Shown: positions 46,002 to 57,730, counted from the first letter of the whole stretch. The stretch is DNA of 63,604 nt, filler included, from Acetivibrio sp. (GCF_035371925.1; 3 parts of 3 records of this genome joined end to end with filler, not necessarily neighbours in it); one strand, 5' to 3'. Numbers and translations: made by a program. The notes: generated by a model not told the origin, from the sequence alone.

Positions 46002-48014
46002 ATGCCTTATAGATTTAACGACGACAACCAGTTGGAACCCCTCACTAATAGCGTGGACTTATCTGATTACTACAACCTCATTCATAACGAACAAAAGGAG
46101 CATGCTGAACAGAATATTGACAGCTATGACAGGTTTTTCAGAGAGGCCAAGGAATCATATTATAGGGGAGAAATTACAGACTGGACTCTTAATAAAATAA
46201 CCCGGAGTATGATGACCCATGATCATAAAATGGCTGATCTGATAAGAAAAGAATTCAGTCCTGAGGACTACTTCTATATCAAGGAAAGAATGATCGGGAC
46301 CGGGACAATTGGAGGGAAGGCCTGCGGTATGCTTTTGGCAAGGAAAATGGTTGCAAACTACTTGCCCCAGTATATAAAGTGCTTAGAGCCTCAGGATTCC
46401 TATTATATCGGTACCGATATTTTTTATTCATATATTGTGGAAAACAAACTATGGAAATTACGTATTTTACAGCGTAGCGACGAGTATTACTTTGAAAAGG
46501 CAGAGGAATTGAAAAATGCGATATTAAACGGTAAATTTTCCGAGCCAATCCGGGCTCAATTCAGAAGAATGCTGGACTATTTCGGGCAAATTCCGATTAT
46601 TGTGCGCTCAAGTAGTTTCCTTGAAGACGGATTTGGAAATGCTTTTGCTGGAAAATACGAGTCGGTTTTCTGTGTAAATGCTTGCAGCCCGGAAGAAAGA
46701 CTGTTGCAATTTGAAAATGCAGTGCGCAGGGTATATGCAAGCACAATGGACAGGTCCGCTTTGGAATATCGCAGACAGCGGGGATTGGATAAAATGGATG
46801 AGCAAATGGCTATTTTAGTGCAGCGTGTCAGCGGAACGAAATTTGATAAATATTATATGCCTTGTGCTGCAGGAGTAGGTTTTTCTTACAGCGTGTACCG
46901 CTGGAGTGATGAACTCAGTGCAGATGCAGGGCTGCTGCGCTTGGTTGCGGGCCTTGGTACAAAGGCAGTTGATAGGACAGGTATCGATTATCCCAGACTG
47001 GTAAATCTGGATAACCCCGAAAGTACTACCTTAACCAGAGCAAGCGACAAGCATCGTTTTTCACAGCGAAAAATAGATGTTATCGATTTACAAAAAAATG
47101 AGGTAAGGGATGTTTCCGTAAATAATTTGATTTGGGAGCTTCCGGAATGGTATTTGAGATTAATATGCGAGCACGATTATGATACGGAGAGAATGTTTTT
47201 TGAAAGAGGGCAGCGGAGGGATGTTCTTTTTGTATCGTGTGATGGGATTGTGAAGAAAAAAGAGCTTATGAAGATGATGAAAGATATTCTATCCACTTTT
47301 GAGGAGCATTACGGAAACCCTGTGGACATGGAATACACAATTAATTTTAGAAAAGACGGGGCATTTACAGTAAATATTCTTCAGTGCAGGCCCATGTCTG
47401 TATGGCATAGCGCGGCCAGCCGGGAGATTCCAAATATTGATGAAGACAAAACGCTGTTTAAAGTCAATCAAACCTTTATGGGAAATTCTGCAAAGATAGA
47501 CGTTGATGTAGTTGTGTGGATTGATTCTAAAAAATATCATGGATATCCATATAATCAGAAAAGTTCAATATGCAGTATAGTATCGAAGATTAACAAATAT
47601 TATGAGGGAAAGAATAAGAAACTGATGCTTGTAAGTCCGGGACGAATTGGCACTTCATCGCCAGAATTAGGTGTTCCGGTTGTGTTTTCGGATATATCCA
47701 ATTTTAAAATTTTATGCGAATATGCGGATACTGAAATTGGGTTTGTTCCTGAGTTGTCTTACGGCAGTCATATGTTTCAGGATATAGTTGAAACAGAAAT
47801 GTTTTATGTGGCAGTAATGGGCACAGAACAAAGCGGTACGGAAATTTTCAACAAAGAGTTTTTCAAAAGTGAGGCTTCAGTTTTACAGGACGTTGTTCCT
47901 GATTCCGAAAGCTTTGCAGATATTATCAAAGTGTATGAATTTGATGCTTCTAAATCATTAAATCTTTATGCTGATTTTAAGAAACGGACTGTAATTTGTG
48001 GTATAAGCTCTTAA
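46002..48014 (+). CDS. PEP/pyruvate-binding (PPDK_N-like ATP-grasp) domain protein, possibly 5'-incomplete
   Basis: IGGKACG, IVRSSSFLEDG...FAGKYES, MAILVQRV, DMEY, LQCRP; no phospho-His or PEP-binding barrel motif seen. Confidence 0.75.
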   Translation: MPYRFNDDNQLEPLTNSVDLSDYYNLIHNEQKEHAEQNIDSYDRFFREAKESYYRGEITDWTLNKITRSMMTHDHKMADLIRKEFSPEDYFYIKERMIGTGTIGGKACGMLLARKMVANYLPQYIKCLEPQDSYYIGTDIFYSYIVENKLWKLRILQRSDEYYFEKAEELKNAILNGKFSEPIRAQFRRMLDYFGQIPIIVRSSSFLEDGFGNAFAGKYESVFCVNACSPEERLLQFENAVRRVYASTMDRSALEYRRQRGLDKMDEQMAILVQRVSGTKFDKYYMPCAAGVGFSYSVYRWSDELSADAGLLRLVAGLGTKAVDRTGIDYPRLVNLDNPESTTLTRASDKHRFSQRKIDVIDLQKNEVRDVSVNNLIWELPEWYLRLICEHDYDTERMFFERGQRRDVLFVSCDGIVKKKELMKMMKDILSTFEEHYGNPVDMEYTINFRKDGAFTVNILQCRPMSVWHSAASREIPNIDEDKTLFKVNQTFMGNSAKIDVDVVVWIDSKKYHGYPYNQKSSICSIVSKINKYYEGKNKKLMLVSPGRIGTSSPELGVPVVFSDISNFKILCEYADTEIGFVPELSYGSHMFQDIVETEMFYVAVMGTEQSGTEIFNKEFFKSEASVLQDVVPDSESFADIIKVYEFDASKSLNLYADFKKRTVICGISS

Positions 48015-48174
48015 TTGCTGATAAGCAATCTATCGCATATAATTGTTGAAATGCTCCTACTAATGTGGTATTATATCAGTCGGTCAAACTGCTGAAAAAA
48101 ACGTCGATATATGAAGATACTCCAAGATAGAGTATCTCAATGCGGTTTGATAATATTCGGTAGGAGTCATAAAA

Positions 48175-49185
48175 ATGGTTGAAATTCAAAGCCTTACAGA
48201 GCAAATACAGATTTTAGTCAATCAAATTTCTATTTTGGTAATTATGGGACTTATAGGATTTATTGCCGGAAAGACCCGTTATCTTCCCGACAATTCGGGA
48301 TCAGTGCTTTCAAGGACAGTTATAAAGCTTACGGCACCACTCCTGATTTTTATAACTCTGGCGGGACGTAATTTCTCTAGAGACATTTTGATAAACGGAA
48401 TGTTGATATTCCTGCTCGGAGCAGTATTTATAATGTTATCCTTTGTTGTGGGGCATTTTACAGGTAAGATATTGGGGCTTAAAGGTGCAGCGGAGAACGT
48501 GTTTAAAATGCATTTTATGTTCGGAAACGTAATTTATTTGGCCTTTCCTCTTTTAAGATCCCTTTATGGAGACGGTATTTTAATCTATGCAGTATTTTAC
48601 AACCTGGCAAATGACGCTATTTTGTGGACCTTGGGCATTTTCCTTGTAAACAGGCATAACAAGGTGAGTGTGAAGGATAATCTAAAGCACCTTATAAATG
48701 CCAATACCATCGCCTTTGCAAGCGGTCTTGTTATCATGCTGATAAAGTCGAATTTCAAGGACTTTATAGACAGTATCCCATTCATTTATAATATTGGCGG
48801 GTTTGTATCCAGTGCGTTTACTCCAATAGGAGAAGCTACAGTTCCTTTATCGATGCTGTTTATAGGTTTGATATTGTCAGAGACGAAAATCAGCAGCGGA
48901 AAGGATTTGTTAAAGAGATACCCCATATTTATTTTATCCTTGTTCAAGCTTATTTTAATTCCGTGCGTTGCATTATTTTTGCTTTCTTTTGTAGACTTTG
49001 TAGATCCTCTCGTAAAATCGGTAATTATTCTGCAGCTTTCGATGCCGTGTGCTACAATTGTTCCGGCTTTGGCGGAGCAGTACGGTTCGGACTATAGATT
49101 GGCCACCGAAAACGTTTTTATCACTACAATATTGGGAATTGTAACTATGCCCTTTGTGGTTTATTTGTTGACTTTGGCCGGATAG
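48175..49185 (+). CDS. AEC family transporter
   Basis: About 10 TM helices; FGNVIYLAFP, PLSMLFIG, KLILIP, MPCA. Confidence 0.85.
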   Translation: MVEIQSLTEQIQILVNQISILVIMGLIGFIAGKTRYLPDNSGSVLSRTVIKLTAPLLIFITLAGRNFSRDILINGMLIFLLGAVFIMLSFVVGHFTGKILGLKGAAENVFKMHFMFGNVIYLAFPLLRSLYGDGILIYAVFYNLANDAILWTLGIFLVNRHNKVSVKDNLKHLINANTIAFASGLVIMLIKSNFKDFIDSIPFIYNIGGFVSSAFTPIGEATVPLSMLFIGLILSETKISSGKDLLKRYPIFILSLFKLILIPCVALFLLSFVDFVDPLVKSVIILQLSMPCATIVPALAEQYGSDYRLATENVFITTILGIVTMPFVVYLLTLAG

Positions 49186-49210
49186 ATATATGTAAACTTA
49201 TAATTTAATA

Positions 49211-49255
49211 AAAAACGAATATTAACCTCAAAAACTCAAAATAATGTTCGTATTT
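49211..49255. promoter_or_regulatory. PurR dyad (two inverted PurBoxes)
   Basis: AAAAACGAATATTA, 17 nt, TAATGTTCGTATTT, upstream of TTGACA (49270) ... TAGTAT (49294). Confidence 0.75.
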
Positions 49256-49453
49256 TTTCGCAACTTTCATTGACAACCTGCACTTTGTTTTGATAGTATT
49301 ATTTATGTGAAATGTAGGTTAGATTTGAACTGAAACTTTGCTTAAACATCATGTGTTTATATATTGACTTAAAATTGCATTTTCGCAGGAGTTTCAATAT
49401 TAGAAGCGGAAGTTTTGGCGGTTAATGGCATCGTTTTGTTGTATCGTTTTTAA

Positions 49454-49482
49454 GGGTTGGTCCTGCCAGCCCATTTTTATTT
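49454..49482 (+). terminator. Leader terminator before the NCS2 permease
   Basis: GGGTTGG / CCAGCCC followed by ATTTTTATTT, about 40 nt before the start codon. Confidence 0.6.
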
Positions 49483-49521
49483 CAAACTTTTATAAATCCG
49501 AAAGGATGAAGGAGGGGGCTT

Positions 49522-50919
49522 ATGGAGAAATTTTTTAAGCTTAAGGAAAACGGCACAAATGTGAGGACAGAATTTCTAGCCGGTTTAACTACTTTCGTGA
49601 CGATGGCATACGTTATTTTCGTCAATCCCAATACCTTGGAAGCTTCGGGGATGGATAAGGGCGCAGTATTTGTCGCAACAATCCTTGCAGCCATAATCGG
49701 TACATTGATAATGGGATTGGTGGCAAACGTGCCATACGCTCAGGCTCCGGGTATGGGGCTAAATGCATTCTTTGCGTACACCGTGGTTCTAGGACAGGGA
49801 TTTACTTGGCAGCAAGCTTTGGCATTAGTTTTTATTTGCGGATTAATAAACATACTAATTACTGTTACCAGTGTCAGAAAGATGCTGATAGCAGCAATAC
49901 CGCAATCGCTCCAGTATGCGATAAGCGGTGGAATAGGCCTGTTTATAACATACATAGGAATTAAACAGGCACATTTACTGGATTTCACATTTAGCAGCGG
50001 TACTTATACCACACTGCCCAATGGAAATGCAGTTTCAGGGGATATAGTTCCCGCTCTTGCCAACTTTACCGACCCGGTGACTCAATTGGCATTAATCGGA
50101 CTTGTAATTACAGTTGTTTTAATGCTCTTAAAGGTCAGGGGAGCAATACTTTGGGGAATTTTGGCGACAACCTTTATCGGATTGTTTATGGGTATTACAC
50201 CTGTTCCGGAACTAACAGCATCAAGCTTTTTACCTCCATCGTTGTCAAAAACTTTCTTAAAGCTTGATATAGCAGGGCTCTTTAGTGACCCAAGCAAGAT
50301 ACCGACAGTTTTGGCAACGATACTTGCCTTCAGCCTATCGGATACCTTCGATACAATAGGAACATTTCTTGGAACCGGTAGAAAAACAGGAATTTTTGAC
50401 GAAGAGGACGAAAAAGCTCTTCATTCGGGAAAAGGTTTCAAGTCAAGACTGGACAAGGCTTTGTTTGCAGATTCAACAGCCACATCCATAGGAGCGCTTT
50501 TGGGTACAAGTAATACCACCACCTATGTTGAAAGTGCTGCAGGAATAAGCGTAGGCGGTAGAACCGGTCTTACATCAGTTTTCACTGCATTGTTCTTCTT
50601 CTTGGCGCTGTTCTTGTCACCGATTGCAGGTATGGTTACAGCTGCTGCAACTGCTCCTGCACTTATTGTGGTAGGTATTTTAATGATGGAATCCCTTGCG
50701 AAGATAAATTGGGAAGAGTTTGAAGAGGCAGTTTCAGCATTCTTCACAGTTGTTATAATGCCTTTTAGCTACAGTATTTCAAATGGTGTAGCTGCAGGTT
50801 TCACATTCTATGTAATAACAAAAATTGTGAAGGGTAAAGCAAAAGAAGTACATCCGGTACTTTATATAGTAGTACTTCTGTTCATATTGAATTTTATACT
50901 TGGAGCTATAGGCTTCTAA
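49522..50919 (+). CDS. NCS2/AzgA-family purine permease
   Basis: RTEFLAGLTTFVTMAY, QAPGMGLNAFF, DTFDTIGT, YVESAAG, GGRTGL. Confidence 0.92.
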   Translation: MEKFFKLKENGTNVRTEFLAGLTTFVTMAYVIFVNPNTLEASGMDKGAVFVATILAAIIGTLIMGLVANVPYAQAPGMGLNAFFAYTVVLGQGFTWQQALALVFICGLINILITVTSVRKMLIAAIPQSLQYAISGGIGLFITYIGIKQAHLLDFTFSSGTYTTLPNGNAVSGDIVPALANFTDPVTQLALIGLVITVVLMLLKVRGAILWGILATTFIGLFMGITPVPELTASSFLPPSLSKTFLKLDIAGLFSDPSKIPTVLATILAFSLSDTFDTIGTFLGTGRKTGIFDEEDEKALHSGKGFKSRLDKALFADSTATSIGALLGTSNTTTYVESAAGISVGGRTGLTSVFTALFFFLALFLSPIAGMVTAAATAPALIVVGILMMESLAKINWEEFEEAVSAFFTVVIMPFSYSISNGVAAGFTFYVITKIVKGKAKEVHPVLYIVVLLFILNFILGAIGF

Positions 50920-51064
50920 ATACTTAATATAAAAGTTTGGTCCAACTAATTGGATCAGACTTTTATATTTTCTGGTGGCTAATTTTGGGGCGCGATAATT
51001 ATGTAAGAATATATAAATTAACAATATAACAAATATAATATAAAATTTTCATGGAGGTTGAACT

Positions 51065-51586
51065 ATGGCTATGACAAATGTTGAAAAAAAACCAAAAGTT
51101 GCTCTCGTAATGGGAAGCGATTCTGACTTTTCAGTTTTAAAGGGCTGCATCAAGGTTTTAAAAGAGTTTGATGTAGAGGTTTCGGCAATAGTTTGCTCGG
51201 CCCACAGGACACCTGACAAAGCGGCGGAATTTGCCAAGGGTGCGGAAGAGAACGGTTTTGACGTTATAATAGCTGGTGCCGGAAAGGCAGCTCATTTGCC
51301 GGGAGTTTTGGCAGCATTCACGCCCCTGCCGGTTATCGGGGTACCCATTAAGTCATCTACATTAGACGGTCTTGATTCATTACTGTCTATAGTTCAGATG
51401 CCTTCAGGAATTCCGGTTGCCACAGTTGCTATTGACGGAGCTGAAAATGCAGCACTTCTTGCGGTTCAGATATTGTCAACTGCTTATACGGAGCTCAGGG
51501 AAAAGATGAAGGAATATAAAAAGCAGCTTGCAAAGAAAGTTGAAGAGAAAAACGAAGCTCTTCAAGAAAAGATAAAAGAACTTTAA
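51065..51586 (+). CDS. purE: N5-CAIR mutase / AIR carboxylase catalytic subunit
   Basis: MGSDSD, SAHRTP, AAHLPG, SIVQMP. Confidence 0.96.
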   Translation: MAMTNVEKKPKVALVMGSDSDFSVLKGCIKVLKEFDVEVSAIVCSAHRTPDKAAEFAKGAEENGFDVIIAGAGKAAHLPGVLAAFTPLPVIGVPIKSSTLDGLDSLLSIVQMPSGIPVATVAIDGAENAALLAVQILSTAYTELREKMKEYKKQLAKKVEEKNEALQEKIKEL

Positions 51587-51635
51587 TAACTCATACTTCA
51601 TTAAATTTTACTAAATCTATATAAGGAGTAAAGCT

Positions 51636-53102
51636 ATGTTTGACATGAAAAGGGGAAAGCATTTTAATTGCGTGCACAATTTATTAAAGAAAGATGAATT
51701 CGGATTTGACAAGCCAAAAGAAGAATGTGGAGTTTTCGGTATTTACAGCAAAGGTAATTTGGATACTGCACGCCTGACTTATTATGCCCTGTATGCGCTT
51801 CAGCACAGAGGACAGGAAAGTGCGGGAATTGCTGTGAACGATGGGGAAAAACTTCTTTTCCATAAGGACATGGGGCTTGTTCCTGAGATTTTCAATGAAA
51901 AAATTCTAAACGGTCTCAAAGGTAAGATCGCAATAGGGCACGTGAGATATTCAACTACCGGTGCCAGCAGCAGGGAAAACTCCCAGCCTATGGTTATAAA
52001 ATACAAGAGCGGACAAATGGCTATGGCACATAACGGCAATCTCGTTAATGCAGCAAAGATAAGAGAAAAACTGGAGGAAGAAGGTATAATATTTCAGTCT
52101 ACCATAGATTCCGAGGTAATTTTGAATTTGATTTCAAGGTTCAGGCTGACCACCAACAATATTGAAGAGGCAATTATAAAGGTGATGAAAGAGATAAACG
52201 GTGCCTATTCACTGGTTATTCTCACGCCAAACAAACTTATCGGTATCAGAGACCCTCACGGTATAAGACCTCTTTGCCTTGGCCGTATTGAAGATTCCTA
52301 TATTCTTTCTTCAGAGACTTGCGCTCTTGATGCAATAGGTGCTGAATATATAAGAGATGTAAATCCCGGAGAGATTGTTGTCATTGAAGAAAGCGGCTTG
52401 ACTTCAATACAGACTGAAGCTGCTGAAAAGACGGCACTTTGCATTTTTGAGTATATTTATTTTGCAAGGCCGGACAGCTACATTGACGGAGTGAGTGTTC
52501 ACAGGGCAAGAATTGAGGCCGGAAGAAGGCTTGCCCAGGAGCATCCTGTAGAAGCGGACCTTGTTTTTGGAGTTCCGGATTCGGGAATATCCGCGGCATT
52601 GGGTTATTCCATGGAGTCGGGAATACCTTATGATTTGGGACTTATTAAAAACAAGTATATCGGAAGAACCTTTATTCAACCGGAGCAGGGACAAAGGGAA
52701 AACGGCGTAAGAATTAAGCTCAATGCTTTGAAGGAAGCTGTTGACGGGAAAAGAGTTGTCATGATAGATGACTCAATAGTCAGAGGTACTACCAGCAAGA
52801 GACTTGTGCAGCTTTTGAGAGAGGCCGGTGCAAAAGAAGTTCATATGAGGATTAGCTCTCCGCCTTATATGTATCCGTGTTTCTTTGGAGTTGATACATC
52901 AAGCAGATCCCAGCTTATAGCTGCAGAATGTTCTGTAGAGGAGATCAGAGAGATGACAGGTGCGGACAGTCTCGGATATTTGAGTCTTGAAGGACTCTTA
53001 AAAACACCTGTCGGAGCTAAATGCGGTTTTTGCACTGGATGCTTTACCGGCAAATATCCTATGGAAGTACCAGAAGATGCTAATAAGTATAGTTGCGGAT
53101 AA
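51636..53102 (+). CDS. purF: Amidophosphoribosyltransferase
   Basis: EECGVFG propeptide cleavage site, LQHRGQESAG, GHVRYST, DDSIVRGTT. Confidence 0.97.
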   Translation: MFDMKRGKHFNCVHNLLKKDEFGFDKPKEECGVFGIYSKGNLDTARLTYYALYALQHRGQESAGIAVNDGEKLLFHKDMGLVPEIFNEKILNGLKGKIAIGHVRYSTTGASSRENSQPMVIKYKSGQMAMAHNGNLVNAAKIREKLEEEGIIFQSTIDSEVILNLISRFRLTTNNIEEAIIKVMKEINGAYSLVILTPNKLIGIRDPHGIRPLCLGRIEDSYILSSETCALDAIGAEYIRDVNPGEIVVIEESGLTSIQTEAAEKTALCIFEYIYFARPDSYIDGVSVHRARIEAGRRLAQEHPVEADLVFGVPDSGISAALGYSMESGIPYDLGLIKNKYIGRTFIQPEQGQRENGVRIKLNALKEAVDGKRVVMIDDSIVRGTTSKRLVQLLREAGAKEVHMRISSPPYMYPCFFGVDTSSRSQLIAAECSVEEIREMTGADSLGYLSLEGLLKTPVGAKCGFCTGCFTGKYPMEVPEDANKYSCG

Positions 53103-53161
53103 TATTTGTTAATTGCTAAAATTTATTATATAATTTATTTTATTTGTAATTAGGAGGTACT

Positions 53162-54187
53162 TTGATGACTACGTATAAAGATGCGGGTGTTGATGTTGAA
53201 GCAGGTTATGAAGCGGTCAGGCTTATGAGAAATGACGTAAAGAGGACATTCAGGCCTGAAGTGCTTACCGATATAGGCGGATTTGGCGGATTATTTGGCT
53301 TAAACAAAGATAAGTATTCGGAACCTGTTTTAGTATCGGGTACTGATGGAGTAGGGACAAAACTGAAAATAGCTTTCTTGATGGACAAGCATGATACCGT
53401 TGGCATTGACTGTGTGGCGATGTGCGTAAATGATATTGTGTGCAGTGGCGCAGAGCCGTTGTTTTTCCTCGACTATATTGCCCTCGGTAAAAACCGTCCC
53501 GAAAAAGTTGCTGAAATTGTCAAAGGTATAGCCGATGGCTGTGTTGAGGCAGGATGCGCGTTAATAGGTGGAGAGACGGCAGAAATGCCCGGATTTTATC
53601 CTGAGGATGAATATGATTTGGCTGGATTTGCTGTTGGAATAGTTGATAAAAACAAGATTATAGACGGTAAAAAAATTAAGCAGGGCGACAAACTAATAGG
53701 GCTTGCATCATCAGGTATTCACAGCAATGGATATTCTCTTGTAAGGAAAGTTTTAGCACCTAATTCCAAGAAGCTTTCGGAAGAGGTCAAGATACTTGGA
53801 ACCACTATAGGTGAAGAGATTATAAAGCCTACAAGATTATATGTCAAGACAGTATTGGATTTAAAAGAAAAGTTTGAGATTAAAGGAATATCCCATATTA
53901 CAGGCGGAGGATTTATTGAGAACATACCAAGAATGCTGCCGCAGGGTCTGGGAGTCAAGATATTTAGAGGTACTTGGCCTGTGCTTCCCATATTTACTCT
54001 CTTAAAGGACCTTGGCAACATTGATGAAATGGATATGTACAATACCTTCAATATGGGAATAGGTATGACAATTGCTGTGGATGCCGAAATTGCAAATAGT
54101 GTTGTGGAATATTTGAACAAAGACAAAGAGCAAGCTTACATTATTGGAGAAATTGTATCGGATAAGGCGGGGCTTGAGTTATGTTAA
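53162..54187 (+). CDS. purM: AIR synthetase
   Basis: [36 protein letters not shown]. Confidence 0.97.
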   Translation: MMTTYKDAGVDVEAGYEAVRLMRNDVKRTFRPEVLTDIGGFGGLFGLNKDKYSEPVLVSGTDGVGTKLKIAFLMDKHDTVGIDCVAMCVNDIVCSGAEPLFFLDYIALGKNRPEKVAEIVKGIADGCVEAGCALIGGETAEMPGFYPEDEYDLAGFAVGIVDKNKIIDGKKIKQGDKLIGLASSGIHSNGYSLVRKVLAPNSKKLSEEVKILGTTIGEEIIKPTRLYVKTVLDLKEKFEIKGISHITGGGFIENIPRMLPQGLGVKIFRGTWPVLPIFTLLKDLGNIDEMDMYNTFNMGIGMTIAVDAEIANSVVEYLNKDKEQAYIIGEIVSDKAGLELC

Positions 54188-54810
54188 GAATAGGTGTGTT
54201 GGTTTCCGGAGGAGGAACCAATCTGCAGGCCATAATTGATAAAATTGAAAGCGGCTATATAAAGAATTGCTCGATTGTTACAGTTGTGTCGAGCAAACCC
54301 AATGTATATGCCTTGGAAAGAGCAAAAAAACACAACATTCCGGCAGTTTGCATCGCAAGAAAGGATTATGCTTCGGTACATGAGTACGGGGAGGCGCTGA
54401 TAGAACATTTTGAACGCTGCGAAGTAGATCTTGTTGTTATGGCGGGATTTTTGTCCATACTGGGAGAAAACTTTGTAAAGCGGTTTGAGAACAAGATAAT
54501 TAATATTCATCCTTCTTTGATACCCGCTTTTTGTGGAAAAGGCTATTACGGTATAATCCCCCACCAGAAAGCACTGGAATACGGTGTCAAGGTGACTGGG
54601 GCCACCGTTCATTTTGTCGAGCTTGAAGCCGACAGCGGACCGATTATTTTGCAGAAGGCTGTGTACATAAACGACGATGATACCCCCGAGACTCTTCAAA
54701 AGAGAGTAATGGAGGAGGCCGAGTGGGAAATTCTCCCCGAGGCAATCAAGCTTTTTGCCGAAGAAAAGCTTGTGGTTGAAGGAAGAAAGGTAAGGATTAA
54801 GGACAAGTAA
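54181..54810 (+). CDS. purN: GAR transformylase
   Basis: [23 protein letters not shown]...DSGPII. Confidence 0.97.
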   Translation: MLRIGVLVSGGGTNLQAIIDKIESGYIKNCSIVTVVSSKPNVYALERAKKHNIPAVCIARKDYASVHEYGEALIEHFERCEVDLVVMAGFLSILGENFVKRFENKIINIHPSLIPAFCGKGYYGIIPHQKALEYGVKVTGATVHFVELEADSGPIILQKAVYINDDDTPETLQKRVMEEAEWEILPEAIKLFAEEKLVVEGRKVRIKDK

Positions 54811-54870
54811 ATCAATCGGTAAGCTAATGCAAATTCTACTTTTGTTATAAACTAAAAAGGGAGTGATATT

Positions 54871-56415
54871 GTGATAAAGCGTGCGCTAATAAGTGTATCC
54901 GACAAGACGGGAATTGTTGAAATGGCTCGTGAACTTCAAAATATGGGTGTTGAGATTATCTCCACCGGGGGAACTGCAAAGACTCTGAGTGATGCCGGGA
55001 TAAAGGTAATAAATATATCGGATGTTACCGGTTTTCCGGAATGTCTTGACGGAAGAGTAAAAACCCTTCATCCCAATGTTCATGCAGGAATTCTTGCAAT
55101 GAGAAGCAATGAGGAGCATATGAGACAGCTAAAGGAGCTTAATATTGAAACAATTGACATGGTAATAATCAATCTCTATCCGTTCAAGCAGACGATATTA
55201 AAAGAAAACATTGAGCTCGAAGAAGCAATTGAGAATATTGACATAGGCGGACCTACAATGATAAGGGCTGCAGCAAAGAATTATCAGGACGTTGCTGTGA
55301 TTGTGGACCCAGCAGATTACAACGCTGTTTTAGAAGAGCTTAAGACTTCAAAGGATATTTCTTTAAAAACCAAGTTTAAGCTGGCATATAAGGTGTTTGA
55401 GCATACAAGCCATTATGATACTTTAATTGCAAAGTATCTGAGGGACAAGATTGGAGAGGAAGTATTCCCAGAAACCCTTTCTTTGACTTTTGAAAAGGTT
55501 CAGGATATGAGATATGGCGAAAACCCCCATCAAAAAGCAGTATTCTATAAAGAAGTGGGAGCAAATGTTGGCTGCATAACTTCTGCAAAACAGCTGCACG
55601 GAAAGGAACTTTCCTATAACAATATAAATGACGCAAATGGTGCCATAGAAATCATAAAGGAATTTGACGAACCGACTGTGGTTGCAGTAAAACACGCAAA
55701 TCCATGCGGTGTGGCAAGTGCTTCAAATATTTTTGATGCATATGTAAAGGCATATGAGGCTGACCCTGTATCAATATTTGGCGGTATCATTGCGGCCAAC
55801 AGGGAAATAGATCAAAAAACAGCAGAGGAAATAAACAAGATTTTTGTTGAAATAGTTATTGCACCATCCTTTACCGAAGGAGCATTAAATGTTCTTACTC
55901 AAAAGAAAAATATAAGACTTCTTCAGCTTGAAAGCATTTCTGAAAAGCTTCCGGAAGGAACCTATGACATGAAGAAGGTGGCAGGAGGCTTGTTGGTACA
56001 GAATTACAACAGTGAACTTCTTAACATGGATGATTTGAAATGTGTTACTGAAAAGAAGCCTACCCAGGAGGAAATGGAAGATCTCATTTTTGCAATGAAG
56101 GTTGTAAAGCATACCAAGTCCAACGGTATTGCACTGGCAAAGGGCAAGCAAACCATTGGTGTAGGACCTGGTCAAACCAACAGAGTTACAGCCTGCAAGA
56201 TTGCCATTGAATATGGCGGAGAGAGGACAAAAGGAGCAGTTCTTGCATCGGATGCCTTCTTCCCGTTTGCCGACTGTGTTGAGGCGGCAGCTGCTGCAGG
56301 CATTACTGCAATTATCCAGCCCGGAGGTTCGATAAGAGACCAGGAATCCATTGATGCATGCAACAAATACGGCATCGCAATGGTGTTTACAGGAATGAGA
56401 CACTTTAAGCATTAA
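54871..56415 (+). CDS. purH: Bifunctional AICAR transformylase / IMP cyclohydrolase
   Basis: [46 protein letters not shown]. Confidence 0.97.
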   Translation: MIKRALISVSDKTGIVEMARELQNMGVEIISTGGTAKTLSDAGIKVINISDVTGFPECLDGRVKTLHPNVHAGILAMRSNEEHMRQLKELNIETIDMVIINLYPFKQTILKENIELEEAIENIDIGGPTMIRAAAKNYQDVAVIVDPADYNAVLEELKTSKDISLKTKFKLAYKVFEHTSHYDTLIAKYLRDKIGEEVFPETLSLTFEKVQDMRYGENPHQKAVFYKEVGANVGCITSAKQLHGKELSYNNINDANGAIEIIKEFDEPTVVAVKHANPCGVASASNIFDAYVKAYEADPVSIFGGIIAANREIDQKTAEEINKIFVEIVIAPSFTEGALNVLTQKKNIRLLQLESISEKLPEGTYDMKKVAGGLLVQNYNSELLNMDDLKCVTEKKPTQEEMEDLIFAMKVVKHTKSNGIALAKGKQTIGVGPGQTNRVTACKIAIEYGGERTKGAVLASDAFFPFADCVEAAAAAGITAIIQPGGSIRDQESIDACNKYGIAMVFTGMRHFKH

Positions 56416-56439
56416 TGACTATACTTAAGGAGGAATAAG

Positions 56440-57699
56440 ATGAAGGTATTAGTTGTAGGAAGCGGCGGACGTGAGCATACACTGGTATGGAAAATCGTTC
56501 AAAGTCCTAGAGTGGAAAAAGTGTATTGCGCTCCCGGCAACGGTGGCATTTCTGCAATAGCCGAGTGTGTGCCGATAAAGGCAATGGATATAGAGGGAAT
56601 TGTAAACTTTTCGAAAGAAAAGGAAATTGACATGGTAGTGGTAGCGCCGGATGACCCTCTGGCAGCCGGAATGGTTGATGCCCTTGAGGAAGCGGGAATT
56701 AGAGCCTTCGGACCAAGAAAGGCGGCAGCTATAATTGAAAGCAGCAAGGCTTTTGCGAAAAACCTTATGAAAAAGTACAATATACCTACTGCGAATTATG
56801 AGGTTTTTGAAAACAGTTCCGATGCCATAAATTATTTGCAAAATCAGGAGTATCCGTTGGTTGTGAAAGCGGATGGACTGGCTTTAGGCAAGGGCGTAAT
56901 AATTGCACAGAATTTCGACGAGGCAAAGCAAGCGGTTGAAAGCATAATGGAGGACAAGGTTTTCGGTGAGGCCGGAAGCAAAGTGGTAATTGAAGAGTTT
57001 TTGGTAGGTCAAGAGGTGTCAATGCTGGCCTTTACTGACGGAAAAACTGTAAAGACCATGGTTTCCTCCCAAGACCACAAGAGAGCTTTGGACAATGACC
57101 AAGGGCTTAATACCGGAGGTATGGGAACGTTTTCACCAAGCAGAATATATACAGAGGAAATAGACAAGTACTGCATGGAGAAAATCTATAAGCCTACGAT
57201 TGAGGCCATGGGAAAGGAAGGCAGGAAGTTTAAAGGGGTATTGTATTTCGGTCTAATTATAACAAAGGACGGCCCGAAGGTATTGGAGTATAATGCAAGA
57301 TTCGGAGACCCGGAAACCCAGGTGGTGCTTCCAAGGCTTAATACCGATATAATTGATATATTTGATGCAATTATTGATGAGAGATTGGATGAAATTGAAA
57401 TTAGTTGGAATGACAGTGCCTGTGTATGTGTAATCATGGCTTCGGGGGGATACCCTAAAGAGTATAAAACCGGCTATGAGATATCGGGTATTGAAGATGC
57501 CGAAAAGGATTCAAACATTGTGGTTTTCCATGCAGGCACAAAGCGTGAAGACGGTAAATACTATACTGCAGGAGGACGTGTGCTGGGAGTCACGGCTATG
57601 GAAAGCACTTTGGATGAGGCAATAAAGAAGGCTTACGAGGGAGTTTCAAAAATTCAGTTCCAGGATATGCACTATCGAAAAGATATAGGAATAAAGTAG
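56440..57699 (+). CDS. purD: GAR synthetase
   Basis: GSGGREH, KADGLALGKGV, QDHKR, NTGGMG, EYNARFGDPE. Confidence 0.97.
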   Translation: MKVLVVGSGGREHTLVWKIVQSPRVEKVYCAPGNGGISAIAECVPIKAMDIEGIVNFSKEKEIDMVVVAPDDPLAAGMVDALEEAGIRAFGPRKAAAIIESSKAFAKNLMKKYNIPTANYEVFENSSDAINYLQNQEYPLVVKADGLALGKGVIIAQNFDEAKQAVESIMEDKVFGEAGSKVVIEEFLVGQEVSMLAFTDGKTVKTMVSSQDHKRALDNDQGLNTGGMGTFSPSRIYTEEIDKYCMEKIYKPTIEAMGKEGRKFKGVLYFGLIITKDGPKVLEYNARFGDPETQVVLPRLNTDIIDIFDAIIDERLDEIEISWNDSACVCVIMASGGYPKEYKTGYEISGIEDAEKDSNIVVFHAGTKREDGKYYTAGGRVLGVTAMESTLDEAIKKAYEGVSKIQFQDMHYRKDIGIK

Positions 57700-57730
57700 G
57701 AGAGCATAATGCTCTCTTGCTTTATTTTTA
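57694..57730 (+). terminator. Terminator after purD
   Basis: AAGTAGGAGAGC / GCTCTCTTGCTT followed by a T run. Confidence 0.7.

Noticed and set aside
49300..49500. Guanine/adenine or ZTP riboswitch
   Set aside because: Core motifs (UAUAAU...GUUUCUACC...CCGUAAA; the pfl GCCUGGGC end) were not found.
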